NCBI GenBank assembly: GCA_973895155.1
Contig: OZ316896.1
Coordinates: 806,001 to 870,000 of the forward strand
DNA: 64,000 bases
Direction: 5' to 3'
From: Marsupella aquatica
Lineage: Eukaryota > Plantae > Marchantiophyta
In this document: positions 37,600-50,212 of the stretch, piece by piece
How the letters are laid out: the number at the start of each line of letters is the position of its first letter
Numbering within the stretch: position 1 is the first letter of the stretch
Notes under the pieces: model-generated
What the model saw: only the letters and a program-made list of their open reading frames with translations
What the model was told of the DNA's origin: nothing
Database searches by the model: none
Made by a program: the position numbers and the translations under genes

Positions 37600-39185
37600 A
37601 GTGGTGTTTAAGGAGGAGTCTATTAAAGGGACAAAAACAATAGAAAACTGAGGCAAATATACACAAACTTTTTACAGAAAAGGGCCAAATAGAGTACAAA
37701 AGAATAAACAAAAGAGATCCCAAGTGGGCAAAACCAAATGCAAAAGAAGTGAGCAAAAGGAAACCTCTAAGAACCAAGAAAGGGGAACTAAAACGACCGC
37801 AAATGGACCGAGTTCCTTATCATTCCTAGCTAATGGTCCACATCAAGTGTCGAAACTAAATCGGCAAGTGAGACTGGAATGTCCTCTAAGGGGGTTAGCT
37901 ACTGCGGAGGCACACTAGCACCCACTGTCAGAGATCGACGATGGATGGCCCGAGCCTGAGCACAATGTAAGGTGACTGAAATGCGTTGGCAAAAGTGCGT
38001 GGTCAAAATAGATAGCGGGGTCCGGTGGGACCCATCCGGCCATGAACATCCCGAGCAACTTGTCGAAGAAGCCCGTCGAATTGATGGTGGAGATGCCCAA
38101 ATATCTCAAGAGCAAGGGGGAGGAAGCTATTAGATGAAGCTCGGGTAACATATTTGGCATCCTTCGTTGTGGCTGCTCGTGATGCCGTTGCCCCTGCTGT
38201 TGTTGGTGCTGTCCCAATGATGTCTTGGCGCAATGGGTTTGCCACTACTACATCTGCCAAAGTACGTTGACCCTCACGGACCATGGTAAGATCCACCCGT
38301 AACCGTTGCGATGGAGGACCAGGTAACTTGAGCACCACCTCCCGTCGCACGCTGACCAAAGAGCCAGAGAGAACTTGAGCAGTCACATCTCTCACAACAT
38401 CGTGAACAAAAATGGTTTCGCTGCCCAAATTGCAATGAAGAAGATGGACACCTGTGGCATCACAAGGCTTCCCACAAGTGCAAGAAGGAGGTAAACCAGC
38501 AAGAAGTGGGTGGGGTAGCCCCATACGAAGACGCATGGCTGTCGAGAACTTTGCTGAAGACATCCACAGATGAGGAATGACTGGATTGGCCTGAAGCCAT
38601 CCTCTTGCGCCTTTCCCTTCGGAAGAAAGAATCCAAGCTTGGTCCGTGTCAGGTGCCTCGGTGAGGATTCCGGAGAGGGTGAAAGCGTGCATACGCCCAA
38701 CAAGGTCTGGTTGAAGTCAGACGGGGTCCAAGGATAAAAACCCTTGAAATGAAGGTAACACAACTCTGACAAGATCTGGTAATGATGACCGCATTGCGCG
38801 CAAATGAACCTGAAATGGGAGGGAACCCTCCTCTACCTCCATGAGAGACGAAAGTAAAAAAGGTCGATCCTCAGCAAGGAACGAGCTGCCAACAATGAGA
38901 AGGCGGCCGCCCACGCGCCCAAAAAGGCCAAAGGTGCAAGACGCTCAATGGAAGTAAGTCCAAACCCGCCTTGAGAAATAGGAAGACTGAGTTGTCGATG
39001 AAGCCACCGAGATGAGAGCAATGTACCCGGCCCTAAAAGAGAGGCCAAAGTTTCACGAATGGAGACATCAAATGCTCGAAGGTGGAGACAAAGATTCTCG
39101 GTAGGGGAATGCGTCCTAGCCAAATAAGATGCACGAGGGTGGATGCACCTCAACAACATCCCAAATGCTTTCTGAGAAAACATTG
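37600..39185 (-). mobile_element. 5'-truncated, frameshifted CRE-like non-LTR retrotransposon (RT thumb, zinc knuckle, restriction-like endonuclease)
   Basis: QLSLPISQGGFGLTS..LAPLAFLGAW; RLRMGLP..CTCG...D..GVHLLHC..G...HDVVRD; E...R.DL...D.VV.NP...KDAKY...FLPLALEIFG; then in a shifted frame FCQRISVTLHCAQARAI. The 3' boundary is approximate. Confidence 0.85.
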
Positions 39186-39189
39186 AGGC

Positions 39190-39420
39190 AAAAAAAAGTC
39201 ATGGAGAGAAAGAGAGAGGAGAGACTTGAAAGAGAAGAGGGAGAAAGAGAAAGGAGAAAAAAGAGAAGAGTATAGAGGAGAGGAAAAGATAGGAGAAAAA
39301 CGAGAAGAGTGTAGAGGAGAGGAGAAAAAAGAGAAGAATAGAGAGGAGAGGAGAAAAAAAGAGAAGAGTATAGAGGAGAGGAAAGGAGAAGAGAGACGAG
39401 AAGAGTTTAGGGGCAGACGA
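39190..39420 (+). repeat. GA-rich low-complexity/minisatellite tract (AAAAAGAGAAGAGTATAGAGGAGAGG units)
   Basis: Near-pure purine tract with a repeated unit of about 30 bp. Confidence 0.8.
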
Positions 39421-40455
39421 GTGGAGATCAGGACACAGAAGGCAGGACAGTTTTCAACTGCAGGGCAGGCAGACGATTAACATTCCCTTCCCCTCTTTCT
39501 CTGTTCTCTCTGCTCCCGTTCTCCACAAGTCTGTCTCTGGGTTTGTGGGTTGTCAGAGAGACACTAGAGATTTGAATAAAATCAGGGTTAGCTTTCTGAG
39601 TGAGCGCTCAATTGCTTGCTAGCGCGGGTAAAATCGCGCTGTGTCTCTCCTCCCTGCCTTCTCCCTTCCGTGCTGTGCCTCTGCTTGAAGTGAATTGGAG
39701 GGAATGGTGTTCACGTCTGTGCAGGATGGGAGATGCCCGCTGAGATAGCTCCCTCTGTGGGACTTCTTTGCTTCTTTAGAATTTATCCTTGGGGCTGATG
39801 TTGGGCAACTCTCGCAAGCTCTGTGGAGGGCCGCAATTCGTGTGATCTTCTTTGCCGGGACAGAGGAGTTGAAGGAGAAGAAGAAGAAGAAGAAGCTAAG
39901 CAGCGATCCGATGGTGCCACTACCCATTTCTTGGTCGTCGTCGTGTTCGTCCGGCCACTGCAACCCTAACAAGTTGGCCCCATACCTGAATTTGCCGCTC
40001 CACTGGGAGCATAGCGCCGTGCAGGATTTTTTCTGAATCAACTGGAGAGTGATGTGGAATTGAAACCAACCGATGATCAGCAGGTTTCGTGGGGAACTTC
40101 GGTCAGGAAGGGGGACTGGCAGCTCAATTGATGATGCGAAGAAACTCCTTCTGAATTTGGTATTTTCTTCTCCCGAGTTCGATTACTAACCTCACAGCGA
40201 TTGTTTAACGGCAACAGAGAGAGAGGTGCAGACATTTCGCCGGGAGGAGAATTCTTTCACTCTCTTGTTGGTGGCTGTGCGGCTTTATCGAACAGCAGCT
40301 GATGTGGATTCTCACGTCTTGAACTATCATGGCGATGGTTGGCCAGCAGCATTACTGTATATGACAGTGCAAGCGGAGTACTCTTCGTTGGCGGATGGTC
40401 TTGGCAAAAATTCTAGTTGGAATTCTGGCTGGACACTAATTAGGGGTGTAGCACA

Positions 40456-43400
40456 ATGCCGCTCTTGAAGCGGAAGCCTTACACCTTGGAGCCTGCTCCA
40501 CGGGACCTCAAGCCGGATGAGACCGTGTACCAAGTGCGACACACCAAGGAGATTTTCAGAGACTATGAGTATCCTCAAAAATGCTTCGCTCACATTGGTT
40601 TGTGTGAATTTGTTCACGTCTCTGAAGTTGAAAGAGAGCTTCATTTTTGTTTCCTTGGTATCTCATTTAGACGTTAGGAGCAAAGGAGCTCACTGGCTTT
40701 TATCTTGGATAGACTGACTGAATAATTTTTGCTTCAAAGCCCACAGATTCCCAATTAGGGCAAAAGGAACAACAGATACTAGATCTTAGAAAGTTTAGTG
40801 GGAAGGAGAAAATCAAAACGCTAGATTAGAACAAGTGAAGGGGAGAGACATGATCTGCGGTGTGGGCTTCCCTTGACTTGATCCCACAGAGAGTATTTGA
40901 GACGCATGCATTTGTATCGAAAGAGGCTGTGGACATGCAAGGTGACAGGCAAGCAAAATCTGACTTATGAAGAAGCGCTTGTCTCGGAACGGAAGGCCAC
41001 TGAGCAGGTTCAGCATTTTCCGAAGGAATTCATGGGGCCGGTTTTGTCAATGGTCCAATTCAGTGAGTTTTTCTTCTTTTCTCTCTCTTGCTCCAGCTCA
41101 ATTTTGTCTTTACGGTTGACAATGTAGTCTTCGTTGGAATGTGCCTGTCTCTTTCTGCCTATGTGACGCTCAGTATCCTTGCTTTGCTCCACCAAAAATT
41201 TCACTATCTCCGTAAGCGTCAGTGCTCAACTTCCCAGGAGCAACATCTTGGATGTGCGGGGAACAGTTATGTGACATTGGAACTGAGCTGGTGTTGTTTA
41301 GACTTGGTACCAGACTTTCCTACCTCGTGACCAGATCACCCGCGGTTTCGACCTATAATTGCAACACTTCATCAGCTCGTCTGCTATGAGCGCCTTTATC
41401 CCCTACGTTAATGTCCAACCTTGGCGTCTCACCGATTTGCACCAATATTGGCAGGAGCAACATTCAACTATATTGCTCACATTGAGTTTGACTGCCCACA
41501 TCAACCTCATCTATTTGTAGTTCTTTTGATCTCTCAAGTAGGCTTCATATGGAGGGAGTTGTTGATCGGGGCAATGCAAGTATCAGTTATTAGCCAGCAT
41601 GCTTGAATGAATCAGAACGTGAAATTGCTTTTCACTATATGCAGGTCTAAGGCCTTCCATCACTAGTGGATATTTTCTTCCGTTGATGCGGAGAACGAAA
41701 ATTATAGAATTGTCAACCTCAGATTTTGAAACGTTGCTGACCTTTCTAGTAGGAGTTGGGGGGAAGTTTCCAGACTGTTTTCCATTTCTTTTTTAACAGT
41801 GTTCTTATTGTTATTTGGTATGTGTTTAACAGGTCATCTTCGACTTGACGAGCTTGTTGACCGGATATACAAAGAGTTCAAAGATCAATATGTCATGAAT
41901 GAAGAGGTGCTGGGGAAGTCTTCAGAGTCATTTTCTGCGTGCAAGATCTTGAAGGTGTTGCAGCATCCCACTAGAGAAGAACGTCATTATGAAGTAGGAT
42001 GGTTGGATGAACACGGGAAGAAGTTTGCAACATCGACAGAGTCAGCGAAAAATTTGATTCGCAAACGGTTTCCCTTCACCAGAGCACTTCTGAAGGCTTT
42101 CATTCGAGAGGCAGCTGTGTCTGGACCATCTAGGAACTCAATTTGGTGTGTCAAGAACAAATTGGCTAAAAAGTACAAGATTTCCGTTGACCCTCCACCA
42201 AGTATCGCAACTCAGGAAAGCAATCCAAGTGATGGGACTACCGACCGCTCAGCTGTTGCGGTAAGTTCCTTTCATCTCTTGAGAGCTCATTAGGCTTCGT
42301 GAATTGTGAAGAGCACATTTTTGGGTAGGCATTACTTAACCCCAAACTCTACATCAACAGGTCGAGGTTGTACAGAACGGAGGGCATAACACCAGGAAGC
42401 GAAAGAAAAAGGAGGATGACGGTCCACCCCAAAAGGGAAAATCAGCGAAGAAAAGTACAACCTCGGAAGCCAATTCGGCAGTCAAAGAGACAAAAAGTGC
42501 AAAAAAAGTGAGAGTCTCGCAAGAGGGGCCCCCTGCAGATGCGGCAGCCGTCCCCAAAGGGAAGAAAATTGTCAAGAAGATTACAGCTACATTTGAAAAA
42601 CCAGCTGTCGTGAAAAAGGGTTCTTCTAAGGACAAACAAGCTGTGACTAAAGGCATGGGTGCGGACGAGAAACCACCGCGTCCAGTGAAGAAGGTGGTTA
42701 AGAAAGGTACGACTGCTTTGACATTGATGTGCCATGGGTTTTGTGCCTCTTCGACATTGTGGTCAGAATTGCTGTAATAAGGGTCAGGCGTACGCTCGTT
42801 TAATGTTCTCGCTGCGTGGGTTAGATGAGACGAGGCTGACCTCTTAAATGGTTTGTGCAGAGGTAGCCCCAACTCCACCACCAGCTCCACCCCCACCGCC
42901 ACCAATAAAGTACCCCATAGAAGATACTTTGGTCGGACCTTGCCCTGATGATCCCGTCTTCACCAAACGTCCTATCGCATCTACAGATTTTGTACTTCCT
43001 ATGGAGTGTCTTGGGAATCTCTTGATGATTTGGGATTTCTGTACATTCTTCAGTAAGCCTCTTCATTTATCTCCATTCTCATTGGAAGAGTTCGAAAAAT
43101 CATTGGATTACCGGGAAGCAAACCCACCATTGATAGCTGAGCTTCTCTTTGCCTTACTTAGAACCAATCTAAGCGACCCAGTACTGTGGGAGGAGTTTGT
43201 CAAGAAGCGGAAGCGCAAAAGTGAAGTAAGCCCCACACCCATCGCCAGAGATTAAGAAGCGCTGTCGCTGATTGAGGAGAGTTCTGGCTAAAGCTTATGT
43301 TTCTGAAAGATGTCTAGTCTGGTGGACCATATGAGCATCTTTCTCCCAGTCAATACTGATAAAAAGTTTTCCAAGTCCAAACGAGTGTTGCGGTCGATAT

Positions 43401-45162
43401 GCATTTCGTAATCAATGACATCTATTGTCTGTGGCAGCTATCGCTAAATACATGGAAAGACGATTTATGCGACATGCTGCAGTTGACAAGCTATGATAAA
43501 TTTGGGGACTACTTGCCATCCATACGGCAGGGCTATTATAGACAGTTTGACGTGACTGTCAAACTGGAGATTTTGCAGGAGTTGGTAGAGAGGAGTCTTA
43601 ATTCTTCCATCATCAGGTCGCAAATAGATGAGAATATTGGGGAGCATCAAGCCCTCTGTGCGAAGAAGCGAGAGGAGGAGCTTGAATTTGTTAAGCGAAG
43701 GAAGCAGGAGAAAATGAAGCAAATGCCGAATGGTGGATCTGATGGTGGGGTAGTGGAAGTAAATGGGAAGAGCGGGGACAATGATGTCGTAGATGAAGCA
43801 GGTTGTTCTGCAGATGAGAAAGATATCGGCGGTATGGGAATGAACGGTGAGATAAAGGATGAGGTGATAGGAGAAGAGGATGGACAGTCCGTGGGTTGGA
43901 AGACAAAGGGGAAAAGAAAGCTGGCAGGGAACCACAGTCCCGTCAGTGCAAATGGCTCAGTGAAGTAAGTGATGCTTTGTTCAATGTTGGTTGGACTCGA
44001 GTCAATTCCAGTTGAATTAAGAAGATTTAAAAGCAGCTCACAAATTCGGCATTGGAAATGCTTTAATTGACAATTGCTGTTTTCGCAGGAAGGAAGATCA
44101 ACTGGATATTGGCACGTTAAGCAAGTCTAAACAAGCTTCCAAACAAGCTGAGGATGAGAGAAAAAGCTCAGAGGACAGCAAAATTGGACAGGACAAGAAG
44201 AAAACGCAACCTGATCCTTCAGCAGAGCGCAAATCTGCAGAGCAAATAGCTATGGAGAACCAGAAGAGGGTAAGAACTAGCCCGTTCTAGTTGATGTGTT
44301 TGATACGAGAATTTGGCTTGTAGAAGATGACCTTTGTTTTCTATGATAAAACTATTTCATGTGTCCACTTTTCTTAAGTTCTATAAAGATAAGTGTCCTA
44401 GCCTGGTGCTGTGTCCTGACTTGTTGCTGTGAACAATTGTTGTTGCAGCAAGATCAGCTTGACCGAGAATTGGACAAACGGTCCATTCGGACAACTCCAC
44501 TTGGAAAAGATCGAGACTACAATGTGTACTGGTTCTTTCCAAGGGAAGGACGAGTATTTGTCGAGAACAAGGATTCAAACAAATGGGGATATTATAGTGC
44601 AAAGGAGGAGGTTAGTCAGGGCAAGAAGTAATCTTTCTTGTGTATCAGCAGTTCCTCATTTTCATTGCGGATAATGTGTCCCCAAATAGCTGTGGAAGTC
44701 CGGCCGACTGAATCACGTGCCCTCTGTCTCCTTACGCGTTGCTCCGGGCTTACAATTCTGGATTCTTTTTTGCAGTTCGAAGAACTCCTTGGTTCCCTTA
44801 ACCCCAAAGGAGTTAGGGAGAGGCTCTTGCAAAAGCAATTAGAGAAGCAGTACAACAAGATCAGGTGACCTTTGATCCAATCAATTTTGCGAATTTTGGA
44901 GAGCAGAGAATCTCAGTTTAAAATGCTTTCTTGCACTTTTGGTTTTTAAGTATGGTTCCTAATTTCGCTACACAGACCTCGTTCTAATCACCTGCATTTT
45001 CATGTGATCATTTGAATCAGTGCTGTTTTGCTAAGGAGATCCAAAGACATTGCCCAAAAGATTGCATTGGAGGAAGTTGCTGTTAGACGCTCTGTTCGGG
45101 TCCGCTCAGCTCCAAGACTGCCAGCGTTTCTATCCTATGCGAATAAGCTCAGACCATCATAA
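40456..45162 (+). CDS. DDW1: WAC-DDT-WHIM/WSD protein (ISWI remodelling complex subunit, DDW1/Acf1-Itc1-like); exons 40456-40568, 40890-41062, 41833-42260, 42361-42706, 42861-43225, 43438-43964, 44089-44269, 44449-44610, 44776-44864, 45021-45162
   Basis: WAC: MPLLKRKP...VYQVRHTKEIFRDYEEYLRRMHLYRKRLWTCKVTGKQNLTYEEALVSE. DDT: GNLLMIWDFCTFFSKPLHLSPFSLEEFEKSL. WHIM1: KLEILQELV. WSD: IRTTPLGKDRDYNVYW and LLGSLNPKGVRERLL. Junctions are in phase. Confidence 0.92.
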
Positions 45163-47234
45163 GATGTGCTGAGTGGACTGCAGAATCATCCTCGCCATTT
45201 TTTTCAAGATGCCTTGTATATCTTGAATGTAAAAGATCTCAAAGTAGTGAGTCCATACTGGAAAGGATATCTTCTGATATTCCATTTTTGTAACTGGAGA
45301 TACCATTAACGATCAGTAAAAGTCATTGGTGTAGGGAACTAGCTTCTGGGCAAGTGAACTATGCTCAGTATAGTGTGAATAGAAGGTTGATCAAATTTAG
45401 TGTTTCTGGAACATCTATGCTCTGGATCTCAGCATCACGTCGCTTTCATTTTTATGTGACCTATCGACATCGTTTAGCTAACTCAATTCGTTGCTGCTCT
45501 CCGGATTCATGTACAGTCCACGTGGGTTCCTATCGGTCATCATTATCAGTATCAACCCAACAAAGCTGACAAAACTAACCGGTGTGTGCAGGCAAGGCTG
45601 AACAGACATGGTGTCACCATGAGGCCTGTCTCCAGTATTTTATGGACATTTTTGCTTTCGTTGAATTTGGATTTTTTAACAGAACCTTGTTGGTGGGTAG
45701 GATCTCATGAGTGAAATAATTCCTCTCACCAGTTCAAAATCATATAATTCAATTAGGAATGGTTTACTACGGGTGGTAAAACGCAGCTTAGTGGCATTGG
45801 TTTCCCGGACAGTCGTTTAAGAAAACTGGCCCAAGTGGCATCGAGCGCTCCGATTAGTCCCGGCCATCGAGCTCAGCAAAACCTCCTTCCAAGTCCAAAG
45901 AATATTTTATTGATTTGGTAAGATTACAGATCCTACGTTAGAGCATAAATATCTCTGCTCACCCACCTCCTACCGGTGGGCCAAGACAGACAGAGGAGGC
46001 TTGCTAATGTCGCGGTGGGGCAACATCGTCTTGCTGGGCCTGCATTTTTCGTACGAAGACCCCATCTGTTGCCCACTGCAACTCACTGAGGGAAGACAGC
46101 ACATCAGCAAGCAAGTGGCCTGGATAATGACAAGTCACTTTCACAGCCTCCAAGATGGTTTGCAGTGTGAGCTTCTAGGATCGTTTGGCGGGCTTGCCTC
46201 AACATAGGCTCAAATAGATGGTGTGACTTGTGGCCAGCAAGGCATCATTTTCTCGTGCGTCCCTGCCTTGTTCCTGCATTTCCTTATGCGTTGCTACATT
46301 GTGATTGTTGTCAATTTCTTAGGATGTTAGCTGTTTGGGGATCCGAAAATAGTCTGAAAGTAGCACGCTGAGACAATGGAGGGGGCAAGCAGACAGGCAA
46401 GCAGACACTCATTTCTAGGGATGAGATCTGCTGTGGGGCAACTTCCACCTTCGGACCGTATACATACTCGCAGGAGATGATCTGAGTGTCAAGATTGGCA
46501 GGGCTGTCCATCAGCTCTCAAACAATGCTGACCCTTTGCATCCTGGAGAAATCACAGCCCTGAAGTTTCGAGAGAGAATGGATGGGCAACCCTGCCATTC
46601 ACTCTTCTTTCATAGCCCTCAATTTCACCTGTAGCGGGTCGCTGGAATACAGGCCTTATTAGCTTCCACCTTGGGGGCTCTATACTTCCGCTGGAGATAC
46701 CCTTGAGACGTTCGTAGTATCTAGATCAAAACTGGCCCCTTCGTGTCAAAAATGAGCAATCTCAGGATTCGTTTTAAGGGCAGCCGGAAGTATGATAATC
46801 AACTTTGACAGTCGAGTGAGAAGAGAGGATTTGAAGCACACAATCTCGGCGGTCAAGTAAGACACCTTAACTTTAAATTAAAAGTTTCATCAATTGTATC
46901 CATGATGAAGATTCACTAATTGCTACTAGCTCGAATATGTCATCAGTGCAAGGAACCGCTTTTGGGGGCAGAAACACTCCAACACCTGAGCTCTTGTTGA
47001 TTCAAGTTAAAAAATAGAGCCCTGCAATCGATGTCATCAACTTCTCTTCTAGATTTTGTATCGAAGATTGATGATCAGGACTGCCAAAAAGAGCTCTTAA
47101 ACGGTTTCGATCTTTCTTTCCGACTGTTTCTTTCAACAATTTTTTCCACAGACCATAGCACAGAACCTCGGATGGCGTCTCTGTCTGATACGCAGTTGGG
47201 ACAAAGCAGAAAACTTAACCCTACAGACCGTCTG

Positions 47235-49827
47235 TCAGTCAAATTGCTGGCGCAATTGCATCTCTGTTTCAGTTTTCCATGTTGCATGAGAGGATTGACC
47301 CTTCATACGCTTATTTTTTTCCTTATCCTTGATCTTCGATCGATTTCGCTTTTCTGCATCTGTTGTAGGCTTCGTCTCTGCGCCGATGTATGACCTGCGA
47401 ATACGACATACACTTCAGACCATTTTCGGTAGCAGATGTATCGTCAAATCCACATGCCAAAAACTTAAAATCCGGGAAAACTCAATTGGGCCATGAATTT
47501 TCCCGAATGATCATTTAGTCGAGCTTTCACTTTGATCACCTCACAGAAGGAATTTACAACAAGACGTGCTTGAAACGGGAGGCACCTGGGAGGAGCGATT
47601 ATATTCTCAGAAACTGCAGACCCTGCACCTGCGCCTAAACGAGCAGTTTCTTTACCATTTCGAGTACCATTTTCAGAAGCAGCTTGCAGTTGTTTGTGCG
47701 AGCCAGATGATTTTGAGTTGGTCTCAAGGATTACTCCTGCAGCAAGAAATTCTCAGTAAGACTCAGGTCTTCCACTAAAGACGAACAGAAGTAAGCTATC
47801 TAAAACAACCTCTACAATCATCTGGGCTTTCCATTTCCGAAAAAAGCATGATGCGTGGAGCTGTGATGGACGGGTGGAGATTTACACTATGGGTAGAGGG
47901 TGATTTAATTGACAACAATTCACCTCCACGGGATCCCGAAATACACAAAATTTAATTACTTCATTGAAAAGCACAATTGGCAAAGAAAGGCCTGGAGAGA
48001 CCTTTGTATTTTTGAATGCTCAATCAATTAATTTGCAAGGAGTAGATCAATTCAGAATTTCAGTGGTAGGACTATTGTGTTGTTGATGAAGATCCTGATT
48101 TCTCATTCAGAAGAGGTCGCAGCATAAGGTACCTGGCCCAGAGTCAGTCACTGGATCGGAGCGGTGGACAGGTGTAAAAGGTAGGTCCGATGAAGGCTGC
48201 CAAGCGTCGTTAGCCCGAGTGTAAAGTGGCTCTGTGGCCGAACTCTTGAGAAACTCAGGAGGGCCTGTCACCTACAATAAACAAGGTCAGGACCAAATAT
48301 AGCCCCCCTCTCATGCCATGCGCACTAGATGCTTGGATTTTGGGTCCGAATACCTGAAAATACATTGCAGACCAAACCCATTCAGACTCCTCACTGTTCA
48401 AGCTCAAACCAAACGACAGATAATGTAATGCTGGCACACTGGTGCATTTGGTGTGAATTATTATTTTGACCCAATCACGACATGATACCGACAATACGCA
48501 AAGACTAGGCAAAGTCCAAAGCTGCATTCGAGACAAAGTGGGCAGCAAAACAAAGGATAACTTATAGTGAGCAGATCAAGATTCCTGATTCCCCAAAAGC
48601 AAAATCATTTTGGGTGACAAAATGACGAAGGGATTGATAAGACTCTGGATTGAATTAAGTGTTCGTCTCCGATCAGGTCTAGCTCCCGCCTGATAATGGA
48701 AACGAAAGTCAGAGAGGCATGGTTGCCGTCATCTATCCATTCTATTGATCCAGGAATTCTTCTCAACATATCTACTTCAAGAACTAAGCTATGCTGGCTA
48801 CCTCTGCCGAAGATCCAAGGACGGGATGTTCAGGTTTTAGGGTTTATATGAGTTCAACAAGAGACAATGCGCGAGTAAGAGTCCACAGCCACAAGAGAAT
48901 TAGGGATATTAGAAATTCAATCTTTTTTATAGCATAGAAAAACTTCAAAAGGATAGGTATCTGAAAGAAAGTACATCTTCAGGACGTGAGGAAGGAGATG
49001 TTTACGGTTTAGGTTCGAAGTCGTAAAAAGGTCCAAGGGGAACGGAATGAACAAATCACTTCAGTGTTCAGTTAGTCTCCACATCGAGAAAACGCGTCGG
49101 AAGAGAATGAACGATTCAATTTAGAATCACAGCAAGAGAAGAGTGAGGACAGAGTACCTCCCAAACAGGTCTTCAGGACGTACTGGATGAGAGGTTTAAA
49201 AATTCAGGGCTTAGAAGTCAAAGGGAGGGAGAATGACAAAACAAACAAAACTTAAGGGTCCATGGAGACAGAAAGTAAGTGAAGAAGAAGAGTGAGCTTT
49301 CTTTACAACGAAACTCGTTTCCTGAGCGAAAGAGAAGTAAGAAAAGGAAAGATAACTCATACAATGAAAGAATTCGTTTCGAGCCCACGGCGAGAGAAAG
49401 CACGTACACTCACCGAGTGAGCGTTTTTTGGCAAGAACGTAATTTTCAAAGCATAGGAGAGGAAAAACAAGACCTACAATTAAAGAACTCAATCATAGTC
49501 TTTAGCGAGAGAAAGCGTGCGCATTCAACGAATGAGATTTACACTGCAAGAATGTAATTTCCGAAGCACAAGAGAGCACAAACAAAACATTACTACCTCG
49601 GAAAACAGGTCTTCAGGAGATGGAAGAAGGGACGAGCCGCCCCTCGGGGGCTTGATCTCCGGAACTCGTGACGAATGGATGCCGCTGCCACCGACATCGT
49701 GCACACTATCCGATGGGGCAGGTCGAAGTTCTTCCCCTCTGCCCCAATCATCCTCGTCACTAAGCGGAAGCTCTTCTTCCTCCCTCTCCTCTTCAGAAGA
49801 ATAGTCTTGAACTAATGACAAGCTCAT
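47235..49827 (-). CDS. Small conserved protein resembling C1orf52/UPF0690; exons 49827-49597, 48271-48133, 47736-47586, 47394-47235
   Basis: MSLSLVQDYSSEEE, LPSPEDLFSEVTGPPEFL and C-terminal KIKDKEKNKRMKGQSSHATWKTETEMQLRQQFD*. Splice phases are consistent. The family assignment is from recalled motifs. Confidence 0.8.
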
Positions 49828-49959
49828 CAGTGCAAGAGAAGCAGCAGCTTGGCTTTGCGATGTGATCTATCAAATGTCCGCTTGCTCCTCCTGCGTTGCT
49901 GCTAAACCCTGAACCCTCGACGACCTGTGATATGATCGTCGAAGGGTAATCCTTATACA

Positions 49960-50212
49960 GTAATGGGTTTGCAATGCTCGAAGAGAAATTGTAATCACTT
50001 CGCAGTCGCCAGAGAAACAGTAAATGGTTTCGCAATCGTCGACGAGAAATTGTGATCAGTTCGCAATCGTCAAACAAAAAATGGTGAGAAGTTCAAAAGC
50101 GTCCAAGAGAAATTGTAATGGGTTTCGTCATCGTCAAAGAGAAATCGTGATGGGTTCAAAAGCGTCCAAGAGAAATCGAGATGGGTTCGCAATGGTAGAA
50201 GAGAAATCAATG
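49960..50212. repeat. Minisatellite of about 31 bp, about eight copies, in the divergent promoter/5'UTR region
   Basis: GAGAAAT(T/C)GT(A/G)ATGGGTT(T)CGCAATCGTC..A recurs. Confidence 0.8.

Noticed and set aside
39226-39480. Glu/Lys/Arg-rich ORF
   Set aside because: Translation of the GA-rich tract.
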